Source: Macrostomum lignano
Lineage: Eukaryota
Assembly (NCBI GenBank): GCA_002269645.1
Contig: NIVC01001691.1
Span: 13,534-77,533 of the forward strand
DNA length: 64,000 bases
Reading direction: 5' to 3'
The notes beneath the pieces were generated by a model that ran no database searches, was not told the origin of the DNA, and was given only the letters and a program-made list of their open reading frames with translations. Below, piece after piece: positions 1 to 9,500 of the stretch (its first letter is position 1; every line of letters starts with the position of its first letter). A program made the translations under genes and the position numbers.

Positions 1-39
1 AAGTACTCTGTAAGCTCTGTGACTCCGATTCACCCTGAA

Positions 40-262
40 AGGCATCAGTGACCCCAATTCACCGTGAAGAGCATTAGTGACCCAGATTCACCGTGAAGAA
101 CATCAGTGACCCAGATTCACCGTGAGCAGCATCAGTGACCCCAATTCACCGTGAAGAGCATCAGTGACCCAGATTCACCGTGAAGAACATCAGTGACCCA
201 GATTTACCGTGATGGACAGCAATTGGAGTGACCCCAATTCACCCTAAAAACCGTTAGTGATC
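40..262. repeat. 29-bp minisatellite (CATCAGTGACCCAGATTCACCGTGAAGAG)
   Basis: About 6-7 degenerate copies. Confidence 0.85.
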
Positions 263-520
263 TCAGTGCCCTAAGAAAGGGATTTGTGACCTTAATCCCC
301 TGGAATAGGAAATCGTGACCTCATATTTTCTCAGCTAAAAATCGCAGAGATAAGATCTCGATCAGTGGAATCGATCTACCGTTAGAAATCATTGGTTAAT
401 GTTAATTTGAAATCTAGATTAGCCATTGGCACAGTTCCTAAGCCATTAACTATGCCCAAATCCTAAATATAAGCATTTATATCGTTGAGCAACCAGACCC
501 ATGCAATTTCTTTTCGTCAG

Positions 521-980
521 GTGTTCCGCCGGCCGGTTGCTCAACTTAAATTCGAAATTCGATGATAGCCGTAAGCAGCAGCAGCCGCCGCCGCTAATAA
601 TCCTGCCCGGCTGTCCCTGCCTAGACTGCTCTTCCGCGTCCGTCTCCGTCCACGCCGCCGCCGCCACCGTCACGACGTCAGTCGGTCGGATCCGAGTTGG
701 TGACGTCGTCGTCCTTCGCAACGGTCGCACCGGTCGAGTCCACGGCTTCGAGCACGGCGACGCGTCATCGATTGCGCTCCGTCTGGCGCCCGAGCCGCGG
801 GTCGCTTTGTCATTGTCTACGGCAACTTCGGCGGAAGCTGCAGTCGACACGACGTCGGAGTCGTTTTTAGTCGATCTGGTCGACATTTCTAGCGTTCGTC
901 ATCAAACTGGTGAAAATCAAGCCGTATCAGCTGCTGATGCCAAGCCTTCTGTAGAGTACTTTGTAACTGACTACTTGTAG
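521..980 (+). CDS. Probable terminal coding exon of an unidentified upstream gene (small beta-barrel-like motif RIRVGDVVVLRNGRTGRVHGF)
   Basis: Polypyrimidine acceptor TTTCTTTTCGTCAG ends at 520, followed by a GC-rich open frame to TAG at 978-980; AATAAA at 2080-2085. No family recognised with confidence. Confidence 0.5.
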
Positions 981-1063
981 TAGACTGTATAGAAGTTCAA
1001 TGTGAATTTTGGCTACTATTTTCTATAATGATCAGAAGTCAGTGTGAAACTTTAGTCAAACAA

Positions 1064-1592
1064 AACCGGAAGTTTGAGTATCCATCACCATTAAGGACCG
1101 GAAGTTTGAGTATCCGCCACCACTAAGGCCGGAAGTTTGAGTATCCGCCCCTATTAAGGACCGGAAGTTTGAGTATCCGCCCCTATTAATGACCGGAAGT
1201 TTGAGTGTCCGCCCCTATTAAGGACCGGAAGTTTGAGTATCCGCCCCTATTAATGACCGGAAGTTTGAGTATCCGCCCCTATTAATGACCGAAAGTTTGA
1301 GTATCCGCCCATATTAAGAACAGAAAGTTTGAGTATCCGCCACTATTAATGACCGGAAGTTTGAGTATCCGCCACTATTAAGAACCGGAAGTTTAAGTAT
1401 CCGCCACTATTAATGACCAGAAGTTTGAGTATCCGCCCCTATTAAGAACAGAAAGTTTGAGTATCCGCCACTATTAAGAACAGAAAGTTTGAGTATCCGC
1501 CACTATTAAGAACAGAAAGTTTAAGTATCCGCCCTTATTAATGACCAGAAGTTTGAGTATCCGCCACTACGAGTATTAAGGACCGGAAGTTT
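1064..1592. repeat. 32-bp minisatellite (GACCGGAAGTTTGAGTATCCGCCCCTATTAAT)
   Basis: About 16 copies. Confidence 0.95.
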
Positions 1593-2272
1593 GTTTTTCT
1601 GTCCCCATTTATTATATTTTAATAGATTTAGTACTTAGATTTAGTATATTTAGAAGTGTTGCCAACCCACTCTGCTTTTTGCAGAAATCAAGTTTCGTCT
1701 TTTGGACGCACAGTTTTTGTGGTTGTATAATTAATCTCGATTTCTTCCATCATCTTATGCCCGTGTTTTGCTGGCTTTATTTAAATCTGGCGCTGATTTA
1801 TCTATATTGTGTACTTTTCCGTTCCGTTCTGTCTTCACATCTTGATGTGATGTACTTTTAATGCCTTGTACTTTTAAAGTACACAATGCATGCATTCAGC
1901 TTTTAATTAGTGGTAAATTGCTTTTTCTAATTATTCAAAAGTACAAAGTACAACCGACTTTGCCGGGCCAAGTTTATATTGGCAATGTACTATTATTTAG
2001 ATTGTTTTAACTGAGTTTAGAAGTGTTTGCTAATAAGCCTATAATTAGTTTTCTGTTATCTATTCCTCATTTCATTCGAAATAAAAATTGGGATTTAAAC
2101 CCCTATAAAATTGAGGCGGTCACATTTTAACTATGTGACCATTTTGTGACCGTCAATGTGAACCTCGAATGTGACCAACAAATAGGTAAAACGGCCAGTC
2201 ATGCCAAATTGCATATTCGCTTTTTTGACGTTTATATTTTTCTTAAATTAACCCAACACACGAGGCTCCGAA

Positions 2273-2506
2273 GACGGTCTTTTCATCTTCTGACAGTCAC
2301 ATTGACAGTCACACGAGTGACAGTTCTGGGACGGTCTTTTCATCTTCTGACAGTCACATTGACAGTCACACGAGTGACAGTTCTGGGACGGTCTTTTCAT
2401 CTTCTGACAGTCACATTGACGGTCACACGAGTGACAGTTCTGGGACGGTCTTTTCATCTTCTGACAGTCACATTGACGGTCACACGAGTGACAGTTCTGG
2501 GACGGT
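2273..2506. repeat. 57-bp tandem repeat x4 within a GGTCAC/GTGACC-rich segment
   Basis: Near-identical units GACGGTCTTTTCATCTTCTGACAGTCACATTGA... Confidence 0.9.
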
Positions 2507-2948
2507 CACATTTGTGGGTCACATTGGCGGTCACATTTTTTGGTCACATTGACGGTCACATTTGTAGGTCACATTGATGTTCACGTGAAGGACGTGTCAA
2601 ATTGCGCGGTCACATTATTAACTGACTGTCACATTACGGTCATAAGTATGATAAGCAGTGTCACATTTTTTACTGTCACCAAAAAATTTTTTGCGACCGT
2701 TCCATTTTTATACGGGAAAATTCGCGGCTTGGAATTCGATTTTCTATTGAATTGATTCCGATTTTTTAGCTCTATAAGACTCAGAAGTTTTTGATCAATG
2801 GGTGGCGTCGCTTGAGTGAAAATTAATAACTCAATTTGCATTTTTCTTAATTACTCTTTGCAGCAACAAGACAAGTTGAGTCTACTGCTTGAAGAAGCTG
2901 TCATACAGAGTACTAAAAACTACTAATATAGATAATATTTTATTCTTA

Positions 2949-3176
2949 ATGTCGTCAAAATTGCGCCAACAATTAGCAGCGGATAAAGATGACGTCATAC
3001 CGCCGAAAGTTGCCGCAGCGGCTGCCGCGGCTGCCAATGCAGCAGGCAGCGGCCCGAACAGTCGGGCGTTTCAAGCCACCGCCAGGCGTCAGCGAATGTG
3101 CACCTCTAGGGCTGTTGGCATTGTTGAACAGCTGGCCGGCCAGGGCAGCGTCGGCATGGTGTACTTTTCGAGAGTT
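2949..3176 (+). CDS. RPAP2: RPAP2 exon 1
   Basis: ATG at 2949; donor GTGAGT at 3177, phase 0. Confidence 0.82.
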
Positions 3177-5677
3177 GTGAGTTCGGGTGCTCAGTTTTGT
3201 TGCTGAGTTAAATGTGGTAGAATTTAAGGGTAGAATAGAGTACATTGTCAGTAGATTCGGAAGTAGAATATAAGGGTAGAGTAGAGTATACTTTTATTAG
3301 ATTTCAGGGGTAGAAATTTAGGGTAGAATAGACTAGATTTATAGTAGATTCGGGAGTAGAATATAGGGACAGAATAAAGTCTATTTTAGTAGATTCAAGG
3401 GTAGAAATGAGGGGTAGAGTATTTTTTCAATGTATTCAGAAGTAGAAATAAAGGGTAGAAAATCATATTTTTAGTAGATTCAGTAGTAGAAATTAAAGAT
3501 AGAATAAAATACGAGTATGTTTTAGTAGATATATAGGAGCATATAAATTAGGGCGGAATAGAAGACGAAATAGATTAGGGATAGAACGATGGTAGAATGG
3601 TAGGGTGGATTCAAAGCTCAGCATAGCGGTTAATCCCGTCTCTCCCCATCCGCAGCTGATCTACCTCAGCCGGCAGCACTACCTGGACGCGGTTACTGAG
3701 CGCAACTTGACCAACTCTTGCGGCTTCCCGCTGTGCCCTGAGCCGCTGAGCCCCACTAACGACAGAGCGCAACAGCAGCGCTACCGGATCATTGCGTCTA
3801 CTAGGCGGGTGTATGATGTCACTCGGCGAAAGGTGACAGATGGATCTGGCTAGGCTCGGGTGTCTTGTTGCCGGGTATCGGATGTCAGGTAGCCAAATGT
3901 CAGGTACTCAAATGTCAGGTAGTCAAATGTCAGGTACTCAAATGTCAGGTAGTCAAATGTCAGGTGTCAGGTAGTCAAATGTCAGGTGTCAGGTAGTCAA
4001 ATGTCAGGTAGCCAAATGTCAGGTAGCTAAATGTCAGGTAGCCAAATGTCAGGTGTCAGGTAGCCAGATGTCAGGTGTCAGGTAGCCAATTGTCAGGTAG
4101 CCAAATGCCAGGTAGTCAAATGTCAGGTAGCCAATTGTCAGGTACTCAAATGTCAGGTAGTCAAATGTCAGGTAGCCAAATGTCAGGTAGCCAAATGTCA
4201 GGTAGCCAAATGTCAGGTAGCCAAATGTCAGGTAGTCAAATGTCAGGTAGTCAAATGTCAGGTAGCCAATTGTCAGGTAGCCAATTGTCAGGTAGTCGAA
4301 TGGCAGGTAGCCAAATGTCAGGTAGCCAATTGTCAGGTAGCCAATTGTCAGGTAGCCAATTGTCAGGTAGCCAATTGTCAGGTAGCCAAATGTCAGGTAG
4401 CCAAATGTCAGGTAGTCAAATGTCAGGTAGCCAATTGTCAGGTAGCCAATTGTCAGGTAGTCGAATGTCAGGTAGCCAAATGTCAGGTGTCAGCTATCGC
4501 AGAGGTGAATTTCTCAATGCCATCGCTCAGTGCTACTGCTCCGATGCCTGCTTTGCCCAATCGACCTACGTACACGATCAACTCATCCCGGAGACTCCGC
4601 TGTGGCTTCGCGTCGGCGCCGATGCTTCCGCCTCCTCCGTCGATCCGCCGCCGCTCACCGCCGACGCCCTGACGGAGACGCTCGCCGCAGTGGAGCCGCG
4701 GCCTGGCGACCCGGTGGTCCTGGACGCCGTGGCCGAAGATTTGGACCGGCTGCTCAAAATCAGCGACAAGCCGCAGGCGTCGGAAGTCAAGGAGGCGCCA
4801 AAGTTATCGACGGAGACGCCGGCCCAGCGGCCGAGTCTGGCCTGGCTGGACCGGCTCGTCCAGTCGACATCGACGGCTACAGACTCGGCGCCGTTTGCGA
4901 CGTCCACAGCGAGTCAGCGGGCCGATCCGGAGACTGCAGCGTTCGCCGTCGCGTCCGATTGGTTTACCCGGGCTACCAGGGACTTTCTGACTAATCGGAG
5001 CAGACCCATGGCGTCAGCTGGCACCGCTGCTGACAGCGTCGCTAAGGCTACCGTTCGGTTGCTAAGCAACGAAGTAGCGACCCCGTTGGCAACCAAAAGA
5101 AATGTTCCTTCCGCTGTTAAAAGCTCGTCCAATTCGAACTCCGTGAAAATTTTTGAACGATTTTCCTCGTCCTCTGCTGGCAAGTAACTGTGTTCCAGCC
5201 TTTTGGCTATCAGCCTTAGTGAGTTAGTTAGGTAGATTCGTAGGTAAGTAGGTAGTTAGGTATTTAATTAGTTAGTTAGTTACTTAGTTAGTTAATTAGT
5301 TAGTTTGTTTGTTTGCTAGTCAGTCAGTTAGTTAGCTAGTTAGTTAGTTAGTTAATTAGTTAGTTAGCTAGTTTGTTTCTTAGTGAGTTAGTTAGTCAGT
5401 TAGTTAGTCAGTTAGTTAGTCAGTTAGTCAGTTAGTTAGTCAGTTAGTTAGTTAGTTAGTTAGTTAGTCAGTTAGTTAGTTAGTTAGTTAGTTAATTAGT
5501 TAGTTAGCTAGTTAGTTACTTAGTGAGTTAGTTAGTCAGTCAGTTAGTTAGTTTGTTAGTTAGTTTGTTAGTTTGTTTGTTTGCTAGTTAGTCAGTTAGT
5601 TAGCTAGTTAGTTAGTTAGTTAATTAGTTAGTTAGCTAGTTTGTTTCTTAGTGAGTTAGTTAGTCAGTTAGTTAGTC

Positions 5678-5728
<51 letters not shown>

Positions 5729-6148
5729 CAGTTAGTTAGTTAGTTAGTTAGTTAGTTAATTAGTTAGTTAGCTAGTTAGTTACTTAGTGAGTTAGTTAGT
5801 CAGTCAGTTAGTTAGTTTGTTAGTTAGTTTGTTAGTTTGTTTGTTTGCTAGTTAGTCAGTTAGTTAGCTAGTTAGTTAGTTAGTTAATTAGTTAGTTAGC
5901 TAGTTTGTTTCTTAGTGAGTTAGTTAGTTAGTTAGTTAGTCAGTTAGTTAGTCAGTTAGTTAGTCAGTTAGTCAGTTAGTTAGTTAGTTAGCTAGTTAGC
6001 TAGTTAGTTAGTTAGTTAGTTAGTTAGTCAGTCAGTTAGTTAGTTAGTTAGTTAGTTTGTTTGTTTGTTAGTTAGTTTGTTAGTTTGTTTGTTTGCTAGT
6101 TAGTCAGTTAGTTAGCTAGTTAGTTAGTTAGCTAGTTAGCTAGTTAGC

Positions 6149-6208
<60 letters not shown>

Positions 6209-6405
6209 CAGTTAGTTAGTTAGCTAGTTAGCTAGTTAGTTAGTTAGTTAATTAGTTAGTTAGTTAGTCAGTCAGTTAGTTTGTTAGTTTGTTTGTTTGC
6301 TAGTTAGTCAGTTAGTTAGCTAGTTAGTTAGTTAGCTAGTTAGCTAGTTAGTTAGTTAGTTACTTAGTTAGTTAGTTACTTAGTTAGTTAGTCAGTTAGT
6401 TAGTC

Positions 6406-6457
<52 letters not shown>

Positions 6458-6469
6458 CGTTAGTTAGTG

Positions 6470-6504
<35 letters not shown>

Positions 6505-9500
6505 CAGTTAGTTATCAATACGCTCGTAGTTTGTTCGTCAGTTAGTTACTTAGTTCGTTTTAGCATAAAATACGTTAAAATTCGCAGCTTGCCTACTAAC
6601 ATCAAACTGACAGTAGCATGATTAGCAGCTGTGTTCTATTCTATTTTAGAAAAAGAAACGGCCGCGAGGGAGCAGCGCCGCATGCCGCCGGTGGACTCAG
6701 CCAGCCAGGTGACCCTGCGTCGTCGCGTCGTCCAAGAAAAATTGGCCGCTTTTGTCGGCGCCGCCGCTGTTAAACTCGACGGCTTAAATTGCATCGCGGA
6801 CGATCTCAGGCAGCTTGTTGACACGTTCAAGTGCGTGCTTTTAATTGTGTCCTCGCTGAGTGTGTTTAACTCCAGCGCTGTTTTAATAAGTGTATAAGCT
6901 CAGTCCGATCTGTTTGAACAATTCCTTCACAGGCTGACAAGCGGCAACATTGCTTTGGCCACGCCTGTGTGGGAGATCCTTGGCTGGCTCGTACTCATGC
7001 TGTGAGTAGCTTAAATAGCTCGATATACAAGTGGGCTAGCGAGAGGGCACCTGGCCTCTCTATCCATCTGTTTTTAATAAATATCTCACTTCTCTGAACT
7101 TCTTCAAGCTCTCTTAGCCTCAAACCGAATAGCTCGGAAGGCACCTGTGCTCTCTTTGCGGCCACTTGTTGCTCGTTTAATTTCATACTTGAGCTGGCGG
7201 CACTGCTGGGATCGGAGGGATTCTTCAGCTATTGAGAATTGCATTGCGCAATCTGATCACGGCTTGCTGTTGCTGCTTTTTGGAGTCCTAAATCTTTCTC
7301 AATCTGTGTTTTGTTTTGCTTGCTGTTGCCCCAGATCCTCAGTTGCTGGACCAGCCTCCCAGATCCTCAGTTGCTGGACCAGCCTCCCAGATCCTCAGTT
7401 GCTGGACCAGCCTCCCAGATCCTCAGTTGCTGGACCAGCCTCCCAGATCCTCAGTTGCTGGACCAGCCTCCCAGATCCTCAGTTGCTGGACCAGCCTCCC
7501 AGATCCTCAGTTGCTGGACCAGCCTCCCAGATCCTCAGTTGCTGGACCAGCCTCCCAGATCCTCAGTTGCTGGACCAGCCTCCCAGATCCTCAGTTGCTG
7601 GACCAGCCTCCCAGATCCTCAGTTGCTGATCCAGCCTCGCAGATCCTCAATTGCTGGACCAGCCTCCCAGATCCTCAGTTGCTGATCCAGCCTCCCAGAT
7701 CCTCAGTTGCTGGGCCAGCCTCCCAGATCCTCAGTTGCAGGACCAGCCTCTTAAATCTTCATCCTGGTCCATACCATGCACTTAGTCTGAGCCAAACCAA
7801 GCCAACCATTCAATAATTGAATTCTCAGCTCATCTATGAAACTGTTATGCTATTCTCCGAATTAAGAATCCAGCTATAATATCGTATCCCTGCGGCTTCC
7901 TCTATATCAACCAGGTGCAAGATCTACTCGAGGCGCTGCTCAGTGTAGCAAGAGTTAACAGTTGTGCACTACCTGGCCCAGTGTCAAAAAAACTGTTAAC
8001 ATTCGGGGTAAATACAAATGCTCGTGCTCAACTAGCTGAGCACAGGGAAAGTGTGAGAAAAGCTCTGTTAAAAACCTGAAATTAGAAGAGTCTGTTTATG
8101 AAGACAAACACCCGCCCGAAGTAGGGAGGCTCAGGCTCTACCGTTTTCCTCTCTTTTTTCAATCTATTCTCAAGCTCAATACCGCAGTCACAGCCCCCCC
8201 CCTGGGTCAACATGAGTTATTCTTCTAACTTCTCATTCGTGTCGGCCTGCTATTTACCCTGGCAGGCCTTCGAGGCGGGGAGTGGGGGGTTGGTTGGGTG
8301 TGCAGTTAAAGGTGTCAATGCTGTCTTGTTAACTTATCCCAACAGTTCACTTAAACCTATAATAGTATTGTGCGTGTGTTTGTGTTGCTCAATTCATATG
8401 TGTATATTCTTTAGTCTAAGCGGCAGATCTGAAAGAATTGCTTGGATATGTGCTTTCCTGTTCCAAAATCGAGTGAGAACATTTTCCCTTAATTTCTCAT
8501 TCTTCCCAAAAGCTAGAAGGGCCCGATTGTGTCAAGTGGGAAGAAAGTGAGATCTTCTATTGGCGCAATCGCACCTGCTTTCGCTTTCAGTCTGGCAGCT
8601 TTGCCCCTCTACTGTATGTTTGATTAGAAGAGGGGCTGGGCTGTCTGGCACACGCAATAATAGTGTACCTTGAGCGCGTGTCCCTGCTATGACGCTGTGC
8701 GCGTGTTCAAGATGTGTTTGAGCTGGCACCTGGGCCTATCTATATACTCACATGCTGTAATATCTTGTTCTGTTCCGCTGAAGGAGTTTGCGTTCAGTCT
8801 CAATACTGGACATTTGATAGGCCTGATGGCGCGTGGATTCTTGCTTCTTTATCTTTTGCATTATACTTTTCGTTACTTTTCTTTTTACTGATAAGTACAA
8901 ATTGTTTTATTCGAAACATTTTATTATGTCCCTTAGTCCTCAGACCCCAGTCCTTCAGTCCTTCAGTTCTCAGTCCTTCAGACCTCAGTCCTTCAGTCAT
9001 TTAGTCCTCTGTCATTCAGACCCCAGTCCTTCAGTCCTCAGTCCTTCAGTCATTCAGTCCTCAGTCCTTCAGTCATTCAGTCCTCTGTCCTTCAGACCCC
9101 AGTCCTTCAGTCCTCAGTCATTCAGTCCTTCAGTCCTCAGTCCTTCAGACCCCAGTCTTTCAGTCCCCAGTCCTTCAATCCCCATTCCCCATTCCTTCAG
9201 CCCCCAGTCCCCATTCCTTCAGTCCCCAGTCCCCATTCTTTCAGTCTCCAGTCCCCATTCCTTCACTCCCCAGTCCCCAGTCCTTCAGTCCCCAGTCCCC
9301 AGTCCTTCAGTCCCCAGTCCCCATTCCTTCAGTCCCCAGTCCCCATTCCTTCAGTCTCCAGTCCCCATTCCTTCAGTCCCCAGTCCCCAGTCCTTCAGTC
9401 CCCAGTCCTTCAATCCCCAGTCCCCATTCCTTCAGTCCCCAGTCCCCATTCCTTCAGTCTCCAGTCCCCAGTCCTTCAATCCCCAGTCCCCATTCCTTCA

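Noticed and set aside
446-886. Minus-strand ORF as GLMN, head-to-head with RPAP2 as in vertebrates
   Set aside because: There is no resemblance to glomulin; it is the antisense shadow of the + strand exon.
4075-5187. 370-aa ORF with an (MSGSQ)n N-terminus
   Set aside because: It is an intronic 15-bp repeat fused in frame to RPAP2 exon 3; the conserved zinc motif requires direct 3832^4531 splicing.
7109-7230. Alternative RPAP2 terminal exon at 7109 (SLSLKPN...FFSY*), or one at about 7915
   Set aside because: The AAG acceptor is weak or the phase mismatches, and the composition is non-coding-like; the 18326 exon fits better.
7020-7300. Possible LINE fragment on - (…[11 protein letters not shown]…)
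   Set aside because: The resemblance is only a few residues, with no RT or endonuclease motifs nearby.
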